A DNA stretch of 64,000 nucleotides, from assembly GCA_050916045.1 (NCBI GenBank), contig CP051526.1, forward strand, positions 704,001-768,000, written 5' to 3'. Origin of the DNA: Tepidisphaera sp. Its GTDB lineage: Bacteria; Planctomycetota; Phycisphaerae; Phycisphaerales; UBA1924. Positions 42,508 to 52,344 of this stretch are shown in pieces (position 1 is the stretch's first letter; each line of letters opens with the position of its first letter). The notes under the pieces are model-generated. The model had not been told where the DNA came from and searched no databases. It worked only from the letters and a program-made list of their open reading frames with translations. The translations under genes and the position numbers were made by a program.

Positions 42508-43668
42508 TTAGCATCCTGTTTCGTACCCCGCCACGAACGCATCGTAATCAAAGAAATCCACGAACCCGTCGCCCGTCATGTCCGCGTCCGCCCGCCCCGC
42601 CGGACACCCCGAACCCTCGTAGCACCCGACGTAAGCGTCGTAGTCGAAGAAGTCGACGAACCCGTCGGCGTTGAAATCCGCATCGCACTCCGGACCCACC
42701 GGCCCCGTCACCACCAGCGACACCACCCGGTTCACGCTCAACGGATCCCCGTCATCCACGATCCCCACCATCGCATACCCGCCGCCCGCGAGTTCCGGCC
42801 CCAAGCACAACCCCTCGACGTTCGTGTGACCCCCGCGGTAAAGCTGCCGCTTCAACACCGGCGTGTGCGACTCCAGCAGCGATCCAACCGCCGTCGTGTC
42901 CGTCGCCCCGCTCACCGTCGCTTCATAGATCCGCGTCTCAAAGAACCGCGCGAAGTTGTTCGCGAACGACCGCTCCATCGCCACCAGCCGGCCGCTCGGA
43001 AGCGCCACCATCGCGACAAGTCCGCTCCGGCCGCCGGTGATCGCGCCCGCGTGCATCGGCGCCGTCAGATACCCCACCTGCAAACCCGCCGCCGCGGTGC
43101 TCGGCGTCACGTCAAAGCACTGGATCCGCACACGCGTCCCCGCGCTCGGCGTCGACACGCCGCCATCCACCGTCAGTGCTTCCTCGTTGGCGATCCAAAG
43201 CGAACCATCCGCGCCCAGCGTCATGGCTTCGAACCCGAAATTCGCCCGACGATTCCCGTAGACCGCCGGAATCGCAACCGACCTCACCAGCGATCCATCC
43301 GCCAGCGCATACTCATGCACCCCCGGACCCGTCTCCTCGCACACCAAAACCGTCCCCCACGGCGTCAGCACAAGGTCCTCATGGTCACGCGACTGCGCAA
43401 GCGTCAGCCCGCCCGTGATCGCCGCCGACGTGATTGACCCGTCGCCCGCGAGCACGATCCGAAGCCGCACCAGCTTGTCCGAATTGTCCATCACCGCCCA
43501 GTACGTCTCGCCCCCCGCATACGTGATCCCGCTCAACCCCGTCACCGCAAAAGCCCTGCCCGCTTGGTCCGTCGCGCTCGTGCCGAGACTCGCATCGTTC
43601 CGGAACGAGACTGCCAGGTCCTGAGCCAACGCGCACGAACACGCGGAAGCCGCCAGAGCCCCGGTCAT
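42508..43668 (-). CDS. Phytase-like esterase beta-propeller protein with GC-type dockerin tail
   Basis: GLSGITY, D.E, NFGFEAMT, ANEEAL, MERSF, NVEGLCLGP, IVDD; tail ends YETGC*; start uncertain. Confidence 0.85.
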   Translation of the reverse strand: MTGALAASACSCALAQDLAVSFRNDASLGTSATDQAGRAFAVTGLSGITYAGGETYWAVMDNSDKLVRLRIVLAGDGSITSAAITGGLTLAQSRDHEDLVLTPWGTVLVCEETGPGVHEYALADGSLVRSVAIPAVYGNRRANFGFEAMTLGADGSLWIANEEALTVDGGVSTPSAGTRVRIQCFDVTPSTAAAGLQVGYLTAPMHAGAITGGRSGLVAMVALPSGRLVAMERSFANNFARFFETRIYEATVSGATDTTAVGSLLESHTPVLKRQLYRGGHTNVEGLCLGPELAGGGYAMVGIVDDGDPLSVNRVVSLVVTGPVGPECDADFNADGFVDFFDYDAYVGCYEGSGCPAGRADADMTGDGFVDFFDYDAFVAGYETGC

Positions 43669-43800
43669 CCACGCACGCTTGAGGGTTCCTCTTCTCACGC
43701 CACGATGGTATCGGACGCATCCGCCCGCCGGTACAGAACCGGGTACGAACACGCCCATTTTCAGGCCAGACGAGCCGCTCAAGCGTCCGAAAGCGCCCGT

Positions 43801-44589
43801 TCAGCCGAGCAACAGCCGGGCGAAAGCCGCCCACGCCGGTGTCGGGCCGATCGCCACGATCCCCGCGTTGAGCGCGATCAGCGCCGCCATCCCGCCCGCG
43901 AACCACCGGTCCACCGACCGCGTGATCGCGCACCGGATCGCCACAAGCACCACGCCAAGCACCAGCGTCCAGAAGAACGGCCCGAACACCCGCTCCCACA
44001 CCGTCCCCGCGTACAACGCGTTCAGCGGGTCGATCCGGCTGATCGCCGCCGACATCGCGCTCAGCGTCGCCAGAAGCATCATCGGCCGGTGAGCCTGCGG
44101 CTTCTTTCGGTAGTACACGTCCAGCGCGACGAACCCCGCGAAAATCCACGCCGAGATGAACGGCACCGACATGAACTCCCGCGGCGACAATCCCCAGATC
44201 TTCATCTCCGCCGGCGTCACGCTCGCTGAACGCACCGCCACCCATATCCCAAGCACCAGAATCAAAGCCGCGAGCACCGCCCCGATCTTTCCCATCAGCA
44301 TGTGCCACGCGTGCTTGCGGCCCACGATCAGCACCGGCTGCACAATCAGCAGAACAAGCCAAAGCGTCATCGACACGCCGTGCGCGATCACCACCCACTT
44401 GATCGGCGGCGTGATCGGCCGGTTCGGATACGCCCCGCCCTCCAGATAGAACCGGTTGAACCCGATGAACGCAAGCACCAGCATCAGCGCCGCCGCTCCG
44501 CTGTAGAAGTACCGAACGGCGGCCGACGTCGAATGTGAACCGCTGCGAGAAGCTGCAAGAACTCCAGGTTGTGATTGAATCGTGGTCAT
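43801..44589 (-). CDS. Hypothetical multi-pass membrane protein
   Basis: About 7 TM segments; HG, LQP..H..MG and HRPMMLLAT motifs. Confidence 0.75.
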   Translation of the reverse strand: MTTIQSQPGVLAASRSGSHSTSAAVRYFYSGAAALMLVLAFIGFNRFYLEGGAYPNRPITPPIKWVVIAHGVSMTLWLVLLIVQPVLIVGRKHAWHMLMGKIGAVLAALILVLGIWVAVRSASVTPAEMKIWGLSPREFMSVPFISAWIFAGFVALDVYYRKKPQAHRPMMLLATLSAMSAAISRIDPLNALYAGTVWERVFGPFFWTLVLGVVLVAIRCAITRSVDRWFAGGMAALIALNAGIVAIGPTPAWAAFARLLLG

Positions 44590-44748
44590 GCATCAAGGAA
44601 GACGCAACCCGCGCTCGCGTGCATCAACCGCATGTCCATCCCGCCTAGGCTCGAAAATCGCCTGAAACGAGGGAATTCAGACAGGAAATCGCACCCGCGG
44701 TCGTCCCGCGCGCACGTAGCCGTCGCAGCCCGCTTCACCGGCCCGGGG

Positions 44749-46218
44749 TTATCCCCGAATCACCTTCTCCGCTTCCGCAAGCACCCGCGCCGCGCTCGCT
44801 TCGTCCGGCGCCTCCGCGATCAGCCGCATGATCGGCTCGGTGTTGCTCGCCCGAACGTGAAGCCACGACCGCGAGCTCTCAAAGTCGATCCGCACTCCGT
44901 CCTGCAGATCCACGCGCTCCGACGCGTACGCCTTCGCGAGCTTCTCCACCGCAGGCCTCGCGTCATCCTTCGACGCCAGATCGACCTTCCGCTTCACGAT
45001 CGCGTAGCTCGGCATCCCGCTCACGATCTCCGAAAGCTTGCGCTTGCCGTTCTCCAGCAGCGACAAAATCAGCCCCATCCCCGCAACCGAATCGCGCACG
45101 TACGCGACGCGCGGCCAGATGATCCCCCCGTTCCCCTCCCCGCCCACCGACGAACCGTGCTCCTTCATCGCCGACACCACGTTCGCCTCGCCCACCGCCG
45201 TGCGGATCACCCGCGCGCCGTACCGCGCCGCCACATCGTCGATCATCCGGCTCGTCGAGAGGTTGACCGCCATCGCGACGTCCTCCGTCGCTTCGCCCCG
45301 CTTCCGCATCGCTTCCAGGATCGCCATCGCCGAGAGCGCAAGCGTGTACTCCTCGCCGATGAAGTGCCCGCGTTCATCGATGATCGCAAGCCTGTCCGCG
45401 TCCGGATCCTGCGCAAACCCCACATGTGCCTCGGATTCCCGTACCGATTCCGCAAGCATCGAGAGGTTCTCTCGGATCGGCTCCGGCGTGTGCGGAAACA
45501 CCCCCGTCTCCTCGCACCCGATGTGCAGGATCTCCTGCACGTTCATCCCCTCGAGCATCATCGCGCCCACCGCCGCTCCCGACGAGTTCACCGAGTCCAG
45601 CACGACGTTCAGCCCCTCGCCCAGCCCCTCAGGGTCCTCGCTCACCCCCGCTTCGCCCAGCGCCTCAAGCACGCGGCGCACATGCACCAGCGACCCGCCC
45701 TCCTCGGTCTTCACCCCGCGAAGCTTGTCCCACGCTTTCCCCGTCGGCCCCGTCGCACGGAACCGCTCCAGAATCTGGTTCGCGATCGCCGCCGGCGGCG
45801 CCGCCGCGGATGACCCGAAAAGCCCCGACTCCGTCCGAAGCAGGCACTTGAGCCCAAGCCACTCCTGTGGATTGTGCGACGCCGTCAGCTCCATCCCCGC
45901 CACCACCTCGCCACCCTCATGGTGCGTCAGCCGGGCCGCCATCTCGTCCGTCATCACCGCCGTCGTCGGCGTCGACGACACCCCAACGTCCAGCACCGAC
46001 ACCCCGGCCGCCAAAAGCCCGGCCGTCGCCGCATGGTGCACAAACGCCCCGCCCGCCCGGCCATCCCGGCCGACGACAACCGTCACCGGCCGCCCCTTGG
46101 CGGACTCGACCAACCAGGACCCAAACGCACCGGCGAACTTGGTGCACACTTCGGGCGTCAACGAAGATCCGATAACTCCGCGAAGCCCGCTCACACCCGT
46201 CATCAGCGCCGAACTCAT
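44749..46218 (-). CDS. glmM: Phosphoglucosamine mutase / alpha-D-phosphohexomutase
   Basis: SGLRG, TASHNP, DPDADR, GGEGNGG, VRASNTEP; substrate specificity not certain. Confidence 0.75.
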   Translation of the reverse strand: MSSALMTGVSGLRGVIGSSLTPEVCTKFAGAFGSWLVESAKGRPVTVVVGRDGRAGGAFVHHAATAGLLAAGVSVLDVGVSSTPTTAVMTDEMAARLTHHEGGEVVAGMELTASHNPQEWLGLKCLLRTESGLFGSSAAAPPAAIANQILERFRATGPTGKAWDKLRGVKTEEGGSLVHVRRVLEALGEAGVSEDPEGLGEGLNVVLDSVNSSGAAVGAMMLEGMNVQEILHIGCEETGVFPHTPEPIRENLSMLAESVRESEAHVGFAQDPDADRLAIIDERGHFIGEEYTLALSAMAILEAMRKRGEATEDVAMAVNLSTSRMIDDVAARYGARVIRTAVGEANVVSAMKEHGSSVGGEGNGGIIWPRVAYVRDSVAGMGLILSLLENGKRKLSEIVSGMPSYAIVKRKVDLASKDDARPAVEKLAKAYASERVDLQDGVRIDFESSRSWLHVRASNTEPIMRLIAEAPDEASAARVLAEAEKVIRG

Positions 46219-46360
46219 GGCCTTCCTCCTCGGTACTCGATGTCTTACTGCTTGGTGCCGAGGGTACGCGCCGAACTTGCGGCCCGGCACAGACTTCACG
46301 CAAGGTACGTGCCTTGTTTGGTCTATCACCCCACCCGTCCCGCCTAGCGTCCCTCTCGCC

Positions 46361-46747
46361 ATGTATGAAATCACCGTCGAAGCCGACTTCTCCGCCGCCC
46401 ACGCGATCGTCATCGCGGGGACGCGCGAGCCCGTCCACGGCCACAACTGGCACGTGGTGGTGACCATCGCCGGTGACGCACTCGACCCCGACGGGCTCCT
46501 CTGCGACTTCCACACCGTCCAGGGAATGCTGGACGGCTTCATCGACCCCTTCCGAAACCGCAACCTCAACGACACGCCGCCCTTCGACCGCACCAACCCC
46601 ACCGCCGAACTTGTCGCCAAGCATCTGGGCGACCGGCTGGCCGAGTCCCTCAACCCCTCCCTCGCCCCCGCCGCATGGGTCGCGAGCGTCCGCGTCACTG
46701 AAGCCGTTCGGTGCCGCGCCACGTACCACCTCAGGAGGCCCTCGTGA
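46361..46747 (+). CDS. 6-pyruvoyltetrahydropterin synthase family (QueD-like), ExxHGH PTPS-III type
   Basis: FSAAH, REPVHGHNW, DF, LND, NPTAE, V.E. Confidence 0.85.
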   Translation: MYEITVEADFSAAHAIVIAGTREPVHGHNWHVVVTIAGDALDPDGLLCDFHTVQGMLDGFIDPFRNRNLNDTPPFDRTNPTAELVAKHLGDRLAESLNPSLAPAAWVASVRVTEAVRCRATYHLRRPS

Positions 46748-49005
46748 CCTCTGCGTCCTCACTCCCGCCCAACAACCCGCCGAGCGGCTCCGCGGGCACC
46801 CCAGGCTCCGCCCAGCCCCGGCCCGGCGACAAGCCCCTTCGGCTCGCTCGACCCGACGGACGCAACACGCCCGGCCGCGTCATCGTCGATGACGACGCCC
46901 GCCTCTTCAACCGCGACGTCTCCTGGCTTGAGTTCAACCGCCGCGTCCTCGCGCAAGCTTCCGACCACCGCACGCCCCTCCTCGAGCGCGTGAAGTTCCT
47001 CGCGATCTTCACCACCAACCTCGACGAGTTCTTCATGAAGCGGGTCGGCCTGCTCAAGCGCTGGGCCCAGATGGGCGCCGCCTTTCCCGCATCCGCCGAC
47101 GGCCTCTCCCCGCGCCAGCAGCTCGCCGCCATCCGCGGCATGGTCACCAACCTCCAGGCTCAGCAGGTCGCGCTCTACCGCAACGAGATCCTCCCCGCCC
47201 TCGCCGCCGAGGACATCCACGTCCTCCGTCTCCGCGATCTCTCCCCGCGCGATCAAGCCGCCGTCTACGAGTGGTACCGCACGCACGTCTTCGCCAGCCT
47301 GACGCCCCTCGCGGTCGACCCGAGCCACCGCTTCCCCTTCATCTCCAACCTTTCCGACAACCTCGGCATCATGGTCCGCCCTCCGGCGGCCGTCAAAAAC
47401 GTCCCAAGCCTGGATCCCGACGAACTTCAGTTCGCCCGCGTCAAAATCCCGCCCGCGATGAAGCGCTTCGTCGCCGTCCCCGGCTACGGCAAGAACTCCC
47501 GCCGCGTGCACCGCTTCGTCTACCTCCACGACGTCATCCGCCAGCACCTGGATGAGCTCTTCCCCGGCGTTGATATCCGCGAGCGCGCCGTCTTCCGCGT
47601 CACCCGCTCCGCCGGCGTCCAGCGCGACGAGATCGAGGGCGACAACCTCCTCGAATCCGTCGAGCTTGACCTCAAGCAGCGCCGCTTCGCCCGCGTCGTC
47701 CGCCTCGAAATCGAGCCCGACGTCTCCTCCGACCTCTCGAACTACCTCCTCGACAAGCTCAGCCTTGACGCGCAGGACATGTACGAGCATCCCGCCGACG
47801 AATACGACAGCCTCTTTGAGCTCTACGACATCGACCGCCCCGACCTCAAGGAGCCACGCTGGCGCCCCGTCACCCCGCGCCGCCTCACCGATCCCAAAGC
47901 CAACATCTTCGCCGCCATCCGCAAGCAGGACATCCTCGTCCATCACCCCTACGAAAGCTTCAACGACTCCGTCGTCCGCTTCATCTCTTCCGCCGCCGTT
48001 GACCCCGACGTCGTCACCATCAAGCAGACCCTCTACCGCACCAGCCCCGACTCACCCTTCGTCCAGTCCATGATCCGCGCCGCCGAAGCCGGCAAGCAGG
48101 TCGCCTGCCTCGTCGAGCTCCGCGCCCGCTTCGACGAAGACAAGAACGTCCGCTTCGCTCGCATGCTTGAGAAAGCCGGCGTCCACGTCGCCTACGGCGT
48201 CATGGGCCTCAAGACCCACTGCAAGGTCGCGCTCGTCGTCCGCCGCGAGCCCCGCGGCCTGCGAAGCTACGCCCACATCGGCACCGGCAACTACAACCCC
48301 AAGACCGCCGGCCTCTACACCGACCTTGGCCTCCTCACCTGCGACCCCGACATCACCGCCGACGCCGTCACCCTCTTCAACTCCCTCACCGGCGTCGCCG
48401 TCCCCCAGGAATACGAACACCTCCTCGTCGCGCCCTTCAACATGCGCGACCGCTTCGTCTCCATGATCGAACGCGAGATCGCCCACGCCAAAGCCGGACG
48501 CCCGGCTCGCATCATCGCCAAGATCAACTCCATGGAGGACCGCGACGTCACCGAAAAGCTCTACGAAGCCAGTCGGGCCGGCGTCCAGGTCGACCTCATC
48601 GTCCGTGGCTTCTGCTGCTTGCGCCCGGGCGTCCCCGGCCTCTCCGAGAACATCCGCGTCGTCTCCGTCGTCGGCCGCTTCCTCGAACACTCCCGCGTCT
48701 TCCACTTCTCCGCCGGGCAGGAGGACCCGCTCGACGGTGAGTGGTACATCGGCTCTGCCGACTGGATGTACCGCAACCTCAGCAACCGCGTGGAGTGCGC
48801 TGTGCCGGTCCGCGACACCGACGCCCGCCGCCGCTTGCTGCAGCTCTTCGAGGTCATGCTCGCCGACCACCGCCACGCGTGGGACCTCGGCCGCGACGGG
48901 TACTACACCCCCCGCACGATCCTTGAGGATGCCCCGACCGACTCGCCCGAGCGTCTGGGCACGTTCACGACCCTGATGCGCGACATCTCCAAGCCGGCCC
49001 GGTAA
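46744..49005 (+). CDS. ppk1: Polyphosphate kinase 1
   Basis: NRDVSWLEFNRRV, NLDEFFM, HHPYESF, IKQTLYR, ELRARFDE, KTHCK, GTGNYN, GRFLEHSR, SADWMYRN; GTGA overlap with upstream gene. Confidence 0.97.
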   Translation: MTSASSLPPNNPPSGSAGTPGSAQPRPGDKPLRLARPDGRNTPGRVIVDDDARLFNRDVSWLEFNRRVLAQASDHRTPLLERVKFLAIFTTNLDEFFMKRVGLLKRWAQMGAAFPASADGLSPRQQLAAIRGMVTNLQAQQVALYRNEILPALAAEDIHVLRLRDLSPRDQAAVYEWYRTHVFASLTPLAVDPSHRFPFISNLSDNLGIMVRPPAAVKNVPSLDPDELQFARVKIPPAMKRFVAVPGYGKNSRRVHRFVYLHDVIRQHLDELFPGVDIRERAVFRVTRSAGVQRDEIEGDNLLESVELDLKQRRFARVVRLEIEPDVSSDLSNYLLDKLSLDAQDMYEHPADEYDSLFELYDIDRPDLKEPRWRPVTPRRLTDPKANIFAAIRKQDILVHHPYESFNDSVVRFISSAAVDPDVVTIKQTLYRTSPDSPFVQSMIRAAEAGKQVACLVELRARFDEDKNVRFARMLEKAGVHVAYGVMGLKTHCKVALVVRREPRGLRSYAHIGTGNYNPKTAGLYTDLGLLTCDPDITADAVTLFNSLTGVAVPQEYEHLLVAPFNMRDRFVSMIEREIAHAKAGRPARIIAKINSMEDRDVTEKLYEASRAGVQVDLIVRGFCCLRPGVPGLSENIRVVSVVGRFLEHSRVFHFSAGQEDPLDGEWYIGSADWMYRNLSNRVECAVPVRDTDARRRLLQLFEVMLADHRHAWDLGRDGYYTPRTILEDAPTDSPERLGTFTTLMRDISKPAR

Positions 49006-49113
49006 GGGCCCCCCGCGAGCCGGGGCGTGTCCCCCCGCCTTTCAGCCTTTCTGGGCCACTCGTCGCCCTTCGCGCCGCCCCTCGCGCCGGAGGCGTGGTA
49101 CCGTCCCCGCATC

Positions 49114-49959
<846 letters not shown>

Positions 49960-49965
49960 TCCCCC

Positions 49966-50268
49966 ATGCCCACGTACGTGTACGAAATCCTGACCGCCAA
50001 GGGCGAACCCACCGGCGAGACCTTCGAGATCACCCAGTCCATCAAGGACGACGCTCTCACCAAGCAGCCTGGCACCGGCAAGCCCGTCCGCCGGGCCATC
50101 GTCGCCGCCCATATCGCCGGCAAGTGGTCCCCCATCAAGGGCAAAAACACCCTCTCGAACAAAAACCTCGAACGCATGGGGTTCACCAAGTACGAACGCA
50201 AGGGCAACGGCTACATGGAACGCGTCGCCGGCAAACAGGGCCCCCAGACCCTCCGCGCCGACGACTAA
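49966..50268 (+). CDS. FmdB-like small protein (Cys-less variant)
   Basis: MPTYVYE..FEITQSIKDDALT..P.TG.PVRR; GFTKY. Confidence 0.75.
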   Translation: MPTYVYEILTAKGEPTGETFEITQSIKDDALTKQPGTGKPVRRAIVAAHIAGKWSPIKGKNTLSNKNLERMGFTKYERKGNGYMERVAGKQGPQTLRADD

Positions 50269-50292
50269 CGAGCCCGCAGCGCCAGCAAGGGG
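50266..50292 (+). repeat. REP-like family C element overlapping stop codon
   Basis: taacgagcccgcagcgccagcaagggg. Confidence 0.6.
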
Positions 50293-50410
50293 CGACGCGA
50301 GATGTGACACGAGGGGCGTGGGAAACATCCAAAGCCCCGCGGCCATCGAATACGCTCAGCACTGGCGGTTGAGTCCCGGTCGAGAACGGTGGGGGAGTCA
50401 GGGAAACCAA

Positions 50411-51319
50411 ATGTCCAAAAGCACAACCCCGCGTCGGCGGGCCGTGGAGATCCTGCCCGTGGCGAAAGCACCCGTCAAGTCCGCTTCCAAACAGCCCGCG
50501 AAGAAGCCCGCCGCGGCTTCCTCCGCTCCGGCTTCCATGCCCGACGTCCAGTCCAACGCCGACACCCGCAACATCGCGATCGACCGCGTCGGCGTCAAGG
50601 AAGTCACCTACCCCATCCGCCTCCGCAACAAAGCCGGCGGTGAACAGACCACCGTCGCCAAGATCAACATGTACGTCAGCCTGCCCCACACCAAAAAAGG
50701 CACGCACATGTCCCGCTTCCTCGACGTCCTCAACGAGGAAACCGCCGAGCCCATCACCCCAGAACGCATCCCCGCGATCACCCGCGCCATCCGCGACCGC
50801 CTCGAAGCCGACGACGCTCACTTCGAGTGCGAGTTCACCTACTTCATCAAGAAGCAAGCCCCCGTCACCAAGCGCGTCGGCCTGATGGACTACCGCGTCC
50901 GCTTTGAGTGTTCCTCCAACGCCAAGGACGACTTCATCCTCGGCGTCAGCGCCCCCGCAACCTCCCTCTGCCCCTGCAGCAAGGAAATCTCCGACTACGG
51001 AGCCCACAACCAGCGCTGCCAGATCGAAGCCCGCGTCCGCTTCGACGGCATGCTCTGGATCGAAGACCTCGTCACCATGCTTGAAAGCGCCGCGAGCACC
51101 CAGGTCTTCGCCATCCTCAAACGCCCCGACGAGAAGTGGGTCACCGAGCGTGCTTTCGAGAACCCCAAGTTCGTCGAGGACATCGTCCGCGACCTCGCCG
51201 TCACCCTCAACAACGAGCCCCGCATCACGTGGTACCAGATCAACTCCGAAAACTTCGAGAGCATCCACAACCACAACGCCTACGCCCAGATCACCAGAGA
51301 CAAGAAGCGCAAACGCTAA
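50411..51319 (+). CDS. folE2: GTP cyclohydrolase IB (FolE2)
   Basis: MPDVQ, IDRVGV, KGTHMSRF, TSLCPCSKEIS, GAHNQR, LKRPDEK, NPKFVED, ESIHNHNA. Confidence 0.96.
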   Translation: MSKSTTPRRRAVEILPVAKAPVKSASKQPAKKPAAASSAPASMPDVQSNADTRNIAIDRVGVKEVTYPIRLRNKAGGEQTTVAKINMYVSLPHTKKGTHMSRFLDVLNEETAEPITPERIPAITRAIRDRLEADDAHFECEFTYFIKKQAPVTKRVGLMDYRVRFECSSNAKDDFILGVSAPATSLCPCSKEISDYGAHNQRCQIEARVRFDGMLWIEDLVTMLESAASTQVFAILKRPDEKWVTERAFENPKFVEDIVRDLAVTLNNEPRITWYQINSENFESIHNHNAYAQITRDKKRKR

Positions 51320-51342
51320 CGAGCCCGACGCGCCAGCGAGGG
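51317..51342 (+). repeat. REP-like family C element overlapping folE2 stop codon
   Basis: taacgagcccgacgcgccagcgaggg. Confidence 0.6.
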
Positions 51343-51404
51343 TGATGGACGCCCGTCTTCAGGGCGCGCATCGGGTTTCAAGCCGGGGCCCGCACTGAAA
51401 AATG

Positions 51405-51436
51405 AATCGGGCCCCGAGAGATCGGGGCCCGATTTC
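51405..51436. terminator. Hairpin terminator between convergent genes
   Basis: aatcgggccccga-gaga-tcggggcccgatt followed by T-rich bases. Confidence 0.65.
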
Positions 51437-51480
51437 GTTCCTGATTTGTCACCTGTCACCTTTCTCTTCCACTCTTCTTC

Positions 51481-51515
51481 TTTCACATTCGAGATTTGAG
51501 ATCTGAGATCCGAAG
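51481..51515. repeat. Degenerate heptamer tandem repeat
   Basis: tttcaca ttcgaga tttgaga tctgaga tccgaag. Confidence 0.55.
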
Positions 51516-51534
51516 CCCAACGCCCAGTCCCCCA

Positions 51535-52224
51535 TCACCCCATCGCCTCGATCTCCGCGATCGTCTTTCGAAGGTCCTGCCTGACGATTCCCACAACGGT
51601 GTCCTTCTGCCATTCGTGATTCGGAAACGTGGCTCTCGCTCGGACATCCGCGACGAGCAATTCCGGCCAGGGCGAGGGATTGAGCTCCTCGACCCGAAGC
51701 AGCGAAGTCCGCAGGCGAGCACGTTCCGCGGGAGCGTTTCGCGCGGCCACGTCAAACACCCTGACCGCCGAGCACGCGGACTGCAGGAACATCGCGCCCT
51801 TCAGTACCCAGATCGACTCGCTCCGACCCAGTGCGTGCCGGGCGAGACCGACCATGGCTTCGATCCGCTCCACGCAGACGCCGTCGCGACCAAGCTCATG
51901 CTGATATGAAGCGTCCGCACGCAACGCCCGCAGACAGTCGTGGCAGCCGATGATGGCGTCCAAGCTCCACGTCTCGAGCTCCACGGGCGAGACCGGAAAG
52001 ATCGGCGCCGGACCTCGCGATAGCGCGAGCATCGAGGCGAACTCCGGCCCCAGCCCGTCAAGCCCCGCTCGCGTTCGCCGACCCCATCTTGCGCGGAAGA
52101 ACCGGACCAGCCCCGGATCGCATGTCAGCTGAATCTCCCGCGGATCAACAGCGATCACGAGATTCCGCACCGCGCCCAGCCGCTTGGCCAGATCCCACCA
52201 CGTCGCGCGGTCCGCGTCGCTCAT
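51535..52224 (-). CDS. Hypothetical protein
   Basis: 229-aa ORF with GGAGG RBS; no recognised motif. Confidence 0.55.
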   Translation of the reverse strand: MSDADRATWWDLAKRLGAVRNLVIAVDPREIQLTCDPGLVRFFRARWGRRTRAGLDGLGPEFASMLALSRGPAPIFPVSPVELETWSLDAIIGCHDCLRALRADASYQHELGRDGVCVERIEAMVGLARHALGRSESIWVLKGAMFLQSACSAVRVFDVAARNAPAERARLRTSLLRVEELNPSPWPELLVADVRARATFPNHEWQKDTVVGIVRQDLRKTIAEIEAMG

Positions 52225-52234
52225 CGCCGCCTCC

Positions 52235-52267
52235 AAAGAAAGCGGGCCCCGTCCAAACGGGGCCCGC
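52235..52267 (-). terminator. Intrinsic terminator downstream of sigma factor gene
   Basis: Minus strand gcgggccccgt-ttgg-acggggcccgc followed by tttcttt. Confidence 0.75.
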
Positions 52268-52290
52268 GGTTCGTTGCTTTCATTGTCCTG

Positions 52291-52332
52291 TTTGAAATTT
52301 CAGATCTGAAATCCCAAATTTGAAATCTCAGA
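52291..52332. repeat. Degenerate heptamer tandem repeat (6 units)
   Basis: tttgaaa tttcaga tctgaaa tcccaaa tttgaaa tctcaga. Confidence 0.65.
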
Positions 52333-52344
52333 TACCAAAGCTAC

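Noticed and set aside
38617..42700. Recurrent gtcgtagtcgaagaa repeats as a possible CRISPR array or DGR repeat
   Set aside because: They encode the FFDYD motif of dockerin tails at gene ends; spacing is irregular, and no cas or reverse transcriptase gene is present.
45038..46360. Apparent long N-terminal extension of the PTPS/QueD-like ORF
   Set aside because: It is antisense to the phosphohexomutase gene; the family-typical start is at 46361.
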